Origin: an uncultured Clostridia bacterium
GTDB taxonomy: Bacteria; Bacillota; Clostridia; TANB77; CAG-508
Direction of reading: 5' to 3'
Assembly: GCA_963558405.1 (NCBI GenBank)
Contig: CAUWGC010000007.1
Coordinates: 1-64,000 of the forward strand
Length of the DNA: 64,000 nucleotides
Of the stretch, positions 1 to 9,401 are shown in pieces; within the stretch, counting starts at the first letter, position 1; every line of letters begins with the position of its first letter. The notes under the pieces are model-generated. The model worked only from the letters and a program-made list of their open reading frames with translations. It ran no database searches and was not told where the DNA came from. The translations under genes and the position numbers were made by a program.

Positions 1-123
1 TATCAATTCTATCATTTTAATAAAATTATTTTTGCAAAAAACCGAAACTTAAATTGTTTATCTCTTTACAATTTTAAATTTTATGTTATACTAATAGATA
101 AATATTATTATTAGGAGGAGAAG

Positions 124-897
124 ATGATAGTATATAGTGATGAAGAAGGATTTATTAAACCAAGAGGAATAAAAAATAACGATGGAATTCATGATCCTAG
201 TATTAAGTTACCACATATAGCAGTTGGAGTATTTTCAGAACATTTATTCAATTATGTTGTAAAAAAATACGAATGTAAAAAAATTGGCGAATTAATGCAA
301 AAAAGACCAATTTATATTTTGAAATATAAAAATATAGAATTTACTTTTTTTATTGCAGGAATTAGTGGACCTTGGATAAGCCAAGATATTGAAGAACTAT
401 ATTCTAATGGGGTAGATACTCTTATTATTTTTGGAAATTGTGGAGTATTGGATAAAAAAATTGAAGATTGTTCAATTATAATTCCAAATAAAGCTTTTAG
501 AGATGAAGGCACAAGCTATCATTATATGCCAGATTCAGAATTTGTGGAATTGGATAATCAATATAAAGAATTATTTAAGGAAATATTGAAAGAGTATAAG
601 TTTGATTATTCAGAGGGAGCTACTTGGACAATTGATGCTTTTTATAGAGAAACTAGAGAAAAAATAGAAATGTATAAAAAGAAAGGCGCTGTTTGCGTTG
701 AAATGGAAGGAGCTTCAATAGGAGCGATTTGTAAATATAAGCATATAAATTATTTTACATTTTACTATGCTGGAGATAATTTAGATTCTGGAGAGTGGGA
801 AGAAAGAAGTATAAATCAATTATCAAATTTTGATAAAAAAGTAAATGTACCAGTACTTGCATTGGAATTGGCGTATAGAATTGAAAAAAATAATTAA
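124..897 (+). CDS. Nucleoside phosphorylase (PNP/UDP family)
   Basis: Motifs RDEGTSYHY, TWTIDAFYRET, VEMEGA; AGGAGG RBS. Confidence 0.85.
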   Translation: MIVYSDEEGFIKPRGIKNNDGIHDPSIKLPHIAVGVFSEHLFNYVVKKYECKKIGELMQKRPIYILKYKNIEFTFFIAGISGPWISQDIEELYSNGVDTLIIFGNCGVLDKKIEDCSIIIPNKAFRDEGTSYHYMPDSEFVELDNQYKELFKEILKEYKFDYSEGATWTIDAFYRETREKIEMYKKKGAVCVEMEGASIGAICKYKHINYFTFYYAGDNLDSGEWEERSINQLSNFDKKVNVPVLALELAYRIEKNN

Positions 898-898
898 T

Positions 899-938
899 AT
901 AAAAACCACGAAGAATTTAAGAAATTCGTGGTTTTTAT
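899..938. terminator. Bidirectional intrinsic terminator
   Basis: ATAAAAACCACGAA...TTCGTGGTTTTTAT inverted repeat between convergent genes. Confidence 0.7.
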
Positions 939-954
939 ATTTGAAATATAAGAT

Positions 955-1362
955 TCAGTTATTTTTTATTAATTCAATATATTTATTTATTAGATATTTT
1001 ATATACCTCAAATTTATTTCTGAATTGAATTTTTCTAGACCATTGTTAGTAATTTTATTATAATAGTTTACATTTTCAGAAGATGTAAAATCAATTATAT
1101 CGTTTTTAGATACATTATTTGCTATTAAATAAGAATAATAATATATGTTATTAGAGAGAAATTCCACTTCTAATAAAGAAATATTATAATATTTATGTAT
1201 CAAATCTTCTTTTATTAATTTTATTATTTCTAATCCATTTTTGGGATCTAAAGATATTTTATATTTTTTTTCTAAGTTTTTTCTTATTTTATTACTAACA
1301 TTTGATATCTCAATTAATTCATTTAGTGCATCTTCTTTTAAGAAACTTTGGTTATTATTCAA
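955..1362 (-). CDS. Hypothetical protein
   Basis: 135-aa ORF with GGAGGGG RBS; no motif recognised. Confidence 0.55.
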   Translation of the reverse strand: MNNNQSFLKEDALNELIEISNVSNKIRKNLEKKYKISLDPKNGLEIIKLIKEDLIHKYYNISLLEVEFLSNNIYYYSYLIANNVSKNDIIDFTSSENVNYYNKITNNGLEKFNSEINLRYIKYLINKYIELIKNN

Positions 1363-1384
1363 TTTTTTCCCCTCCGATGTATTG

Positions 1385-1624
1385 TTATTTATTATTGTTT
1401 TTATTTTTTAAGTATTTGTATAATTCATATAAAATAATTTCTATAAGTGATAAAAATAAAAAGATTATTACTTCAAAAGTGACATTACCGAATGTTAACA
1501 TATATGTTTTTAAAAGAATAATATTACTAATGCCTAGAATTTTTGTAATAGTAAAAGCAATAATAATATTTAAAATAGAGAAAAAAAGTATTGAAAATAA
1601 TTTTTTAAAACTTTTTTTATTCAT
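1385..1624 (-). CDS. Small two-TM membrane protein
   Basis: Two hydrophobic stretches; AAGGAGG RBS. Confidence 0.6.
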   Translation of the reverse strand: MNKKSFKKLFSILFFSILNIIIAFTITKILGISNIILLKTYMLTFGNVTFEVIIFLFLSLIEIILYELYKYLKNKNNNK

Positions 1625-1759
1625 AACACTTCCTCCTTTACTTTGTATTATTTAGTGAGAACAATAATTCTAACACATACGAATTGTAGGGATTTTGAAC
1701 TTTTATCGAATAAGTACTATATAATTACAAATACTATCTATAAAAAGGTGGAAGGTAGT

Positions 1760-1978
1760 ATGAAAATTATTGCAAATAATTACAGCCCAAAAGAGTTAAT
1801 TCGTATTATTAGAGAGTGGACAGAATTAACGCAGAAAGATTTTGGAAAGTCTATAAACCGTAGTGAGAAAGGAATTCAAGCTTTTGAATTAGGTACAAGA
1901 AATTATGATGTGAAAACACTAATTCAAATAGCTAATACACATGGTTTAAAAATTACAATTGAAAAGGAAGAAAAATAA
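1760..1978 (+). CDS. XRE-family HTH regulator
   Basis: IREWTELTQKDFGKSI...IQAFELG; ATG at 1760 after a GAAGG RBS. Confidence 0.8.
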   Translation: MKIIANNYSPKELIRIIREWTELTQKDFGKSINRSEKGIQAFELGTRNYDVKTLIQIANTHGLKITIEKEEK

Positions 1979-2051
1979 GAAGAGAGATTATTCTATCTTC
2001 CTTTTTTTATGTTCTCTCTAAATGTAATATTTATTATATCATAAATAAAAA

Positions 2052-2080
2052 ATAAAATCGCAAGTTTCTTGCGATTTTAT
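2052..2080. promoter_or_regulatory. Perfect 13-bp inverted repeat, candidate operator
   Basis: ATAAAATCGCAAG-TTT-CTTGCGATTTTAT just upstream of an XRE gene. Confidence 0.5.
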
Positions 2081-2140
2081 GAAAAAAGTCAATTTTTCTG
2101 AAATAATTATTTTAATTGTTAAAGAAAAGGAGAACTTTAA

Positions 2141-2389
2141 ATGAAAGAAATAAGAATTGGTAATATTTTGAAGAATATGAGGAATATAAATACAAATTTA
2201 ACGCAAAAAGATATAGGTAAAAAATTATCTTTATATGATACTACTATTTCAAGTTATGAAAGGGAAAATAGTCAACCGGATTTTCAGACAATTGTAAATT
2301 ATGCAGAAGTTTGTGGCTTTGAGATTAAATTATTTAATAAAAAAATTGGAAAAGAGATGTCATTAGAAGAGATGTCAAAAGAATTATAA
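2141..2389 (+). CDS. XRE-family HTH regulator
   Basis: LTQKDIGKKL...TISSYERENSQP. Confidence 0.85.
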   Translation: MKEIRIGNILKNMRNINTNLTQKDIGKKLSLYDTTISSYERENSQPDFQTIVNYAEVCGFEIKLFNKKIGKEMSLEEMSKEL

Positions 2390-2449
2390 TAATATAAAGT
2401 TTTTTAGAAACAATTTAAAAAAAGTAATTAGAACTCTGTTAAGTTCTAA

Positions 2450-2722
2450 TTACTTTTCTTTTTTATTTTTTAACCAACCCTTAGCTTCAACATCATTAAA
2501 CCTACTATCAGCAAAAAAATCAGACAAATTAGTTCCCAAACCCTCACAAATATATAATAGGTTTTCTAATCTAATCGTTTTAGTTTTTCTATTAAGAAAA
2601 AGTGTAAGGGTAGAATTATAAATACCTGTAAGACTTTCTAGTTTATATATAGAAATATTTTGTTCATTCATTAATTCTCTGATTTTTAAAGCAACTAGAT
2701 CAGAAAATTCCATAATTATCAA
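2450..2722 (-). CDS. XRE-family HTH regulator
   Basis: IRELMNEQNISIYKL...TIRLENLLYICEGL. Confidence 0.85.
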   Translation of the reverse strand: MIIMEFSDLVALKIRELMNEQNISIYKLESLTGIYNSTLTLFLNRKTKTIRLENLLYICEGLGTNLSDFFADSRFNDVEAKGWLKNKKEK

Positions 2723-3011
2723 TCCTTTCTAAAATTATAAATAATTTTATCAAAATAAAAATAAAAAACCTCTCAATAAATTGAGAGAAATACATTTAAA
2801 GTAGTTCATTTTTTTTATTTGATATGTTATAATAGAAAAAAATGTAAAAAAACGAAATATTATGTGAAACAACCCAAATAGAGAGGAGGTAATATACAAT
2901 GTAAGTTTTTTATAAAAATTAAATATAATAAAATTCACATTCATTACGAAAAGTTTCTTAAGTAAAAATGAAAAAAGAATAACTTATTATTAATTGTAAA
3001 ATCAATAATAA

Positions 3012-3269
3012 TTAATCAAATAGCTTATCGGTATTTTCAAATATTTGCTCGTAGGATATGTTTAAAACTTTACAAAAAGCAATAATTTCGAAGTCCTTTA
3101 ATAAAAGTTTTTCATTTTCTATTTGCGAAATGTCAGAATGATAAATATCTACGCCTAATAGTGCAATTTTATTAGACAATTCTCTTTGAGATAAACCTCT
3201 TAGTTCTCTGTATTTTTTTATATTTTTACCTATAACATTTGATTTACCGTTTAATTTTTTTACTTGCAT
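3012..3269 (-). CDS. XRE-family HTH regulator
   Basis: IGKNIKKYRELRGLSQRELS...ISQIEN. Confidence 0.85.
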   Translation of the reverse strand: MQVKKLNGKSNVIGKNIKKYRELRGLSQRELSNKIALLGVDIYHSDISQIENEKLLLKDFEIIAFCKVLNISYEQIFENTDKLFD

Positions 3270-3709
3270 AGTTGAATCCTTTCATATTAATTATTATGAT
3301 ACATTTTACAATATTTATTTATTTATATTGGTAGACTATTTCAAGCAAAGACTGAATTAGAAATATATTTTTGGGAAAAGTAGGAAAAATGAAAGAAAAA
3401 AGAAAATTCATAGATAAAATATGTAAAAAGCAAAATTTTGAAGATATATTGTTAAGAATAAAATTATCAAATAAAAAATTAACAATGAAAAATATATTTA
3501 AAAGTATAGAAAACAATATAGAAATAGAGGATCTTCAAAAAAGGAAGTTATATGAAGAATTGTATGATTATATTGATTATATGAATAAATGTTACAAAAA
3601 AAATCTCAAAAATGTTTTTATTTTAGGAATAGAAGAAACATTAAAAGAGATATATATAAAAAGTGATGATAAAAAGAGAAAATCGAAAAATAGAAAAGAG
3701 GAAAGAAAA

Positions 3710-4123
3710 ATGAAAGAAATCATAAAAAAAATAGAAACAAAAGGAATTATTAGGAAGTTAGATGAACTTGGAAGAATTGTAATACCGATTGAATACAGAC
3801 ATAATAAAATAGTTGATGGTAAAACAAAGGTTAAAATTGACAACATTGAAGATTTTGTTGTAGTAGAAGTATTAGAGGATAATATAAAAACATTTACAAG
3901 AAGATTTGATGACTTAGGAAGGATTGTTGTACCAGCTGAAATAAGAGATAGACTAAACTGGCAAAAAAAAGATGAAATCGAAATATGGGAATATGGTAAA
4001 TATCTAATATTACAAAAAACAAAAAAAGAATGCGTATTTTGTGGGAATAAAAAAAATCTTATAAAATATAAAAATGATATGATTTGCCAAAAGTGTAAAG
4101 AAGACTTAATTAATATTAAATAG
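3710..4123 (+). CDS. Tandem AbrB/SpoVT-domain protein with C-terminal Cys4 zinc motif
   Basis: GIIRKLDELGRIVIP and RRFDDLGRIVVPAEIR; CVFC...CQKC. The ORF is open from 3371, but the ATG at 3710 has a GAGGA RBS. Confidence 0.8.
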   Translation: MKEIIKKIETKGIIRKLDELGRIVIPIEYRHNKIVDGKTKVKIDNIEDFVVVEVLEDNIKTFTRRFDDLGRIVVPAEIRDRLNWQKKDEIEIWEYGKYLILQKTKKECVFCGNKKNLIKYKNDMICQKCKEDLINIK

Positions 4124-4247
4124 TATTTGGAAGTCTTATAGAAAAAAGAAGTTGTAAGCTTAATTATATTTCTAAATATATAAATTGACACGAGGTTATG
4201 AATGTAGTACAATTCATTAAATAAAAGATTTAGTAAAGAAGGAAAAT

Positions 4248-4808
4248 ATGAAAGAGTTTGAGATTACTTTTGAAGTATATAATGATATTAATGTATTAAA
4301 AAATGAATTAATAAAAAATAAATTTTATTATGTCGAAGAATTTGTTTTAGATGATATTTATATGTATAATCCATTAAATAATGAATTTGGTGTAAATGAT
4401 GGAAAGATTACAAATACTTTAATGCTCAGAAGCATAGATGACGAAGAAACAGAAATTATTTGTAAAAATAGACAATATAAAAATGGTCTTGAAATTGGAA
4501 CAGAAAAGACAACATTAAAAGTAGAAAATATAGAAACGGCAGAGAAACTTTTAAACTCATTGGGGTATAAGAGATTCTTAAGAATGATAGACAAAAATTA
4601 TAAATATGAAAATGATAATTATAATGCAATTATTCAAGAAGTAGAGGGATTAGGTCTATTTTTGGAGATTGAAATAAAGAATAGTAAAGATGCAGAAGTA
4701 GAAATTCAGAGATTGATAGAATTTGCAAAATCATTAAATTTGAAAATTGGAACAAAATTTGATGTTAGGAAAGCAGAACTACTATATAAAAAGATTAATA
4801 ATAATTAA
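4248..4808 (+). CDS. CYTH-domain (class IV adenylyl cyclase/triphosphatase-like) protein
   Basis: N-terminal EFEIT (ExExK-like), LGYKRFLRMIDK, EVEGLGLFLEIE. Confidence 0.75.
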   Translation: MKEFEITFEVYNDINVLKNELIKNKFYYVEEFVLDDIYMYNPLNNEFGVNDGKITNTLMLRSIDDEETEIICKNRQYKNGLEIGTEKTTLKVENIETAEKLLNSLGYKRFLRMIDKNYKYENDNYNAIIQEVEGLGLFLEIEIKNSKDAEVEIQRLIEFAKSLNLKIGTKFDVRKAELLYKKINNN

Positions 4809-4905
4809 AAGGTTGTTATATTGGCTAGAAGACTATAAAAACTTTACAAAATTAACATAAAGTGGTACAATAAATATGTGTAACATAATATAAGGTGGTG
4901 TTTAC

Positions 4906-5784
4906 ATGAGTGATACCAATTTGAATTTATATAAAATTTTTTGTGTAGTAGCAGAGTCAAGGAATTATAAGGAAGCAAGTGAAAAATTATTTGTTTCAGA
5001 ATCAACTATAAGTTCCCATATTAAGAACTTGGAGAATAAATTAGATATAACTTTGTTTTATAGAGAAAAAGATGGATTAGTATTAACTATTGAGGGAAAG
5101 AAGTTATATGATTCTATGAGTGAAAAGATAAGGGACATAGAATTTGCAGAAGAATCATTAATTCAAGAATGCGATTTCTCAAAAGCAAAACTTACAATAG
5201 GATGTCCTTCTCACATTTCTATTTCATATTTAGCAAAATGTCTAAAAAAAGTAAAAGAAGATTATCCAGATTTAAAAATTGATTTAGTTGGAGCATCTAA
5301 TTATTCAGGATTAATAGATAAACTTCAAAAGCATTTAGTAGATTTTATAATATTAGATGTTATACCAAATGAAGTTCAAAACGAAATAAAGGTAAAAGAA
5401 CTTAAAGACATAAATAATGTTTTTATATATAACAAACCTTTAAAAATAGATAATTTAAAAGAACTTGAAAATTATAATTTTATACTTAACTTTGAAAATT
5501 CAATTTCTACAAAGCAACTATTTGAGTGTTTAAATAAATATGATGTACATATAAAAGCAGACATTCATTCAGATATAACAGAAATGAGAATAGAAGAAGT
5601 AAAACAAGGACAGGGAATAGGATATGTTATAAAAGAGGCGACGGAAGATGCAATAAAAAATAGAGAATTATATGAAGTTGAATTGCCAATTTCATTGCCT
5701 AGAATAAAGATTAATTTATTATATATAGATAAATATCTTACAAAAATGGATAAAATATTTATAAAAAAATATTTGGAAAAATAG
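4906..5784 (+). CDS. LysR-family transcriptional regulator
   Basis: NLNLYKIF...ASEKLFVSESTISSHIKNLENKLDITLFYR; 292 aa. Confidence 0.9.
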   Translation: MSDTNLNLYKIFCVVAESRNYKEASEKLFVSESTISSHIKNLENKLDITLFYREKDGLVLTIEGKKLYDSMSEKIRDIEFAEESLIQECDFSKAKLTIGCPSHISISYLAKCLKKVKEDYPDLKIDLVGASNYSGLIDKLQKHLVDFIILDVIPNEVQNEIKVKELKDINNVFIYNKPLKIDNLKELENYNFILNFENSISTKQLFECLNKYDVHIKADIHSDITEMRIEEVKQGQGIGYVIKEATEDAIKNRELYEVELPISLPRIKINLLYIDKYLTKMDKIFIKKYLEK

Positions 5785-5925
5785 ATTATTAAAAAGAATA
5801 TTCTGCATGAATATTCTTTTTTGATGGAAAAAAATAGAATTCGACTTTGAAATTTTGAAATGTACTTTTAGTATATTCAGGTGTATAATTATTATGTAAA
5901 TTTATAAAGGAAGTGTCATTTTGAA

Positions 5926-7104
5926 ATGGAAAAACTAAAAGTATGTTGGAAGATAACAACAAAATGTAATCAAAATTGTAAATATTGCTTTGGATTTAAT
6001 AATATTGCTGATTTATCTTTTGAAGAAAATAAAAAAGTATTAGAAAATTTAATAAGAAATGGAATTAATCATATAACATGGACAGGTGGAGAAGCTGTGC
6101 TATATCCTAAAGTAAATCAATTAATGAAGATTTCAAAGGAAAAAGGAGTACACAATAAACTTGTAACTAATGGTATTTTCTTATCAAAAAATGATAATGA
6201 ATATGTCGAAGATATTTTGAATACATTAGATGAAATTAACTTATCCATAGATTCTACTGAAAATGAAATAAATATGGCACTTGGAAAAGAAAATAATCAT
6301 TTTGAAATAATTAAAAACTTATTGAATAAAGTAAAAGAAAAAAATATTAAAGTTGGAATAAATACAGTTGTTAGTAAACAAAACATTGATAAGTTAGCAG
6401 AGTTGGGAGAATTTTTAAACAATTATAAAATAGAAAAGTGGAAGTTTCTTAAATTTATGCCTATAAGAGAAAGATCATTGGAGAATAAGGAATTTTTTGA
6501 AATTAGCGAATCTGAACTTGAAACTAAAATAAAAGAGTTAAGAGACTTTGAAAATATAAATAAAGTTGAATATAAAAAACAAAGTGAATTTGAAAAAAGT
6601 TTAGTAGTTCTTCCAAATGCTGATATTATACAAACACAAAATGGTAAAGATCACTATTTTGGAAATGCATTAAAACAAGATGTAATAGAATTTAAAGGGT
6701 TAGGAAGTAAAATTAGAACTTTAATAGCACATAGCGATATAAAAATAATTGATAATATTGTAAATAATATGAAAAAATTAAATTATATTGATATAATAGA
6801 TGTATCAAGTGATGGAAAAGATACATTAAATAAAATCGTTAATCTAAAGCCTGAAATGGTATTTGCAGAATATAATTTTTCTACTATGGATGGATTTGAT
6901 ATTATTAAACATTCTAAAGAAAAATTAGATAAAAATATTCCTATATTTAATATGATTGTAGATAATAATTTTGAAGAAGACAATATTGATAAAATGTATG
7001 ATCTTATAGGAAATAAATTAAATTGTATTATACCAGAACAAACATCAATCGAAAGAGCTGTAGACATTATGAAAGATTATAAAGAATACAAAGAAACTAA
7101 ATAA
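5926..7104 (+). CDS. Viperin-like radical SAM enzyme fused to a C-terminal pseudo-receiver domain
   Basis: CNQNCKYC (CxxxCxxC), TGGEA, LSIDS, INTVV, KWKFL; C-terminal KIRTLIAHS...[16 protein letters not shown] receiver-like pattern. Confidence 0.75.
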   Translation: MEKLKVCWKITTKCNQNCKYCFGFNNIADLSFEENKKVLENLIRNGINHITWTGGEAVLYPKVNQLMKISKEKGVHNKLVTNGIFLSKNDNEYVEDILNTLDEINLSIDSTENEINMALGKENNHFEIIKNLLNKVKEKNIKVGINTVVSKQNIDKLAELGEFLNNYKIEKWKFLKFMPIRERSLENKEFFEISESELETKIKELRDFENINKVEYKKQSEFEKSLVVLPNADIIQTQNGKDHYFGNALKQDVIEFKGLGSKIRTLIAHSDIKIIDNIVNNMKKLNYIDIIDVSSDGKDTLNKIVNLKPEMVFAEYNFSTMDGFDIIKHSKEKLDKNIPIFNMIVDNNFEEDNIDKMYDLIGNKLNCIIPEQTSIERAVDIMKDYKEYKETK

Positions 7105-7132
7105 ATGAAAAAAATAATAGGTAGGGTAAAAA

Positions 7133-7840
7133 CTATCTATTATTTTTTGTGTTTAATAAATAATTAATGCTTACTTCTAAAAATCTTCTTGGAGTAACAT
7201 CTTCGTTTTTTTCAAAAAAATTTAAAATCGAAAATTTTGGTATATCATCTTTTTCTTTAAATGAATTTAAAGATTTTAATGTTGTTCTAAAAGAGGAACG
7301 AATACCTCCTTTTGTCGTTTTAAAATCTTCGCTCACTAAAGTATAAAGTGTATCTATATCATAAGTTAATTCTGGATGGTAACAACATTTTACTATTGCA
7401 TCTCGAACTTTTTCTGAAGCAGGAGATTTTACAGGTATATTTGTTCTTAAAAACAAAGAATCTATTTTTTTATCAAGTGTAAATTGTGACATTTCTTCTA
7501 CTGTATCATAAACATCTTCGTATTCAAAAGGTTGGTAAAATGTTTTATATAGTTTTGATACATTTGAAATCTTAGGATTTTCATTGGGTGTACTGGAAAT
7601 AAGAATTGTGTTACAATTAGTTTTTTCATTTCTGCTATAAGATAATTTATCTAATATAGTGATGTAGTTTTTCAAATTCGTATCAAGTATAAATATATCA
7701 GGCTTAATTTTATCATAATATTTTAGTGCAGAAACTTCATTATTAGATTCTAATATTTTTAAGTTATTATCATTAGCAAGATACTGGCAAAGCTTCGTTT
7801 TTTCTTTACGGCTTTGAGTTGCTATAAGAACCTTAACCAT
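7133..7840 (-). CDS. Spo0A-like response regulator (degenerate receiver plus Spo0A C-terminal domain)
   Basis: KVLIA...KPDIFILD; C-terminal LDKKIDSLF...VRDAI...LYTLVSEDFKTT...IRSSFR...TPRRFL parallels Spo0A_C. Confidence 0.65.
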   Translation of the reverse strand: MVKVLIATQSRKEKTKLCQYLANDNNLKILESNNEVSALKYYDKIKPDIFILDTNLKNYITILDKLSYSRNEKTNCNTILISSTPNENPKISNVSKLYKTFYQPFEYEDVYDTVEEMSQFTLDKKIDSLFLRTNIPVKSPASEKVRDAIVKCCYHPELTYDIDTLYTLVSEDFKTTKGGIRSSFRTTLKSLNSFKEKDDIPKFSILNFFEKNEDVTPRRFLEVSINYLLNTKNNR

Positions 7841-7960
7841 ATTATCCCCCTGAAAATTTCAAAATCTGATAATATTATAACACAATATTTATGTAAACAC
7901 AATACAAATTTGGTAAAATTTAGTAAAAAATACTGATTAAGACATTGGCAAACATGAAAT

Positions 7961-8001
7961 TTGACCAATTGTTGACCAAAGATTAACCAAATATAAACCA
8001 T
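7961..8001. repeat. Four phased direct repeats with 11-bp period
   Basis: TTGACCAA (7961), TTGACCAA (7972), TTAACCAA (7983), TAAACCAT (7994). Confidence 0.6.
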
Positions 8002-8246
8002 TTAAACAATAATTTTTTAAACTAACTATAATTTCTATTAGGACAAATAGTCTTTGAGAGCAAGGAAAATAATACTTGAGATAAATTTTAATATACAACT
8101 GAAATTTAAGAGAGTAAAAATAAAGACTATTTGTAAGGAAGTGAGAATATGTAAAATATATTTGGTGAAAGTAAATAAATTTAAAATTTATTTTCCTTTC
8201 TCTTTTAGATATTTGTTCAATTTAAAAGATTGGAGAAATAGAAAAA

Positions 8247-8681
8247 ATGGAAAGGAAAAATTATTTAAAAGAAGAATTATCAAGAGAAGAAAAAGCATAT
8301 TTAATGAGAATAATTGTTAATGTTAGAAAAAAATATATTAGGGACAATTACGATTATATAAACCGTACAGATATTAACTGGGATTCTTGTGCCGATATGG
8401 AGAGTGAATCATTGTTTGAAACTGTATTGAATAATTGTGTAAATGAGTTAAAGTCTGCAATTGAATTTGAGAAACTTTTTTCTGATGAAAAATTATATAA
8501 TATTGCTAAAGCGCTATCTAAAAAAGAAAAGATGGTGCTTTTTTCATTGTATAAAGAAAATAAAAGCGTAAATCAAACGGCAATAGATATGAAATTAAGT
8601 AGAAGTACAATATGGAGAATTAAAAATGAAGCTCAAGAAAAAATTATGAAAAAGTTATTAGGAGGAAATAAAAATGTTTAA
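8247..8681 (+). CDS. Sigma-70 region-4-like protein (Tn916 Orf7/YvrI-like)
   Basis: ALSKKEKMVLFSLY...SVNQTAIDMKLSRSTIWRIKNEAQEKI. Confidence 0.7.
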   Translation: MERKNYLKEELSREEKAYLMRIIVNVRKKYIRDNYDYINRTDINWDSCADMESESLFETVLNNCVNELKSAIEFEKLFSDEKLYNIAKALSKKEKMVLFSLYKENKSVNQTAIDMKLSRSTIWRIKNEAQEKIMKKLLGGNKNV

Positions 8682-8850
8682 TAATTTTGATTTAAGTGAT
8701 GATGAAATTTTAAAGATAATAAATGATTATAAGCCATTTATTATTAAAACGAGCACATTAAAAGATGGATTTGATGAGGATTTAATGCAGGAAATTAAAT
8801 ATATAATTTATAAAAGATTAAGAAAAAATAGAAAAAATTATAAAAAATGA
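8674..8850 (+). CDS. Small Tn916 Orf8/RsoA-like partner protein (58 aa, not in the ORF track)
   Basis: MFNNFDLSDDEILKIINDYKPFI...FDEDLMQEIKYIIY; GGAGG RBS; overlaps the upstream gene. Confidence 0.6.
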   Translation: MFNNFDLSDDEILKIINDYKPFIIKTSTLKDGFDEDLMQEIKYIIYKRLRKNRKNYKK

Positions 8851-8902
8851 AACATCCATACTTGAGACTAGGATTTCTATATATAGAAGGAGGTAGAAGA
8901 AA

Positions 8903-9172
8903 ATGGATGATAAAAGAGAAAGTAAAGAGGTTTTAGAAATAAAAACATCTAAGAAAAATTTAAAAGAAACAACAAAAGTAAATTCAAAAGATGAACTAGA
9001 AGTTATTATTGCATATTCTCAAATAGTAGTTTATACATTACAGAATAGTGCAACAGAACTTACACCAAAAGCTATTAGAGAAGAAGTAAAAATGTTTTAT
9101 AACAAATTTGGAAATGAAAATGTAAAAAAGATGGCAAATGCTATTTTGAAAGAGAAAAAGGAGAAAAAATAA
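8903..9172 (+). CDS. Hypothetical protein
   Basis: 89 aa; AAGGAGGT RBS. Confidence 0.6.
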   Translation: MDDKRESKEVLEIKTSKKNLKETTKVNSKDELEVIIAYSQIVVYTLQNSATELTPKAIREEVKMFYNKFGNENVKKMANAILKEKKEKK

Positions 9173-9173
9173 A

Positions 9174-9332
9174 ATGTTAAAGTATATTGTTTTTTCTGTA
9201 ATCTCTTTCATACTAGGAATTTTTACAAGAGAGATTATAGAAATTTTAGAAAGAAAAAAGAAGTATGAAAGAATAAAAAAATTAAATGAACAAGATTTTA
9301 AAAAGGCAACAAAAAATTTAGAAATTAAATAG
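9174..9332 (+). CDS. Small membrane-anchored hypothetical protein (52 aa)
   Basis: MLKYIVFSVISFILGIFTRE...; AAGGAG RBS; translated by hand. Confidence 0.5.
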   Translation: MLKYIVFSVISFILGIFTREIIEILERKKKYERIKKLNEQDFKKATKNLEIK

Positions 9333-9401
9333 AGTTTTACTAAAGCTCTATTAGTTTCTTCATGTATAAAAGTTGTTAGTAAAAAGTTGCAGGAGGTTAC
9401 T

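Noticed and set aside
3371-3709. N-terminal extension of the AbrB-like ORF
   Set aside because: TTG start, low-complexity Lys-rich sequence, and a better RBS/ATG at 3710. A real fusion cannot be fully excluded.
4331-6210. TGTCGAA 0A-box matches at ~4331 and ~6204
   Set aside because: Both lie inside coding sequence (Y-V-E codons) and are likely chance matches.
8054-8320. 88-aa ORF overlapping the sigma-like gene
   Set aside because: TTG start, no RBS, overlaps a better gene in another frame.
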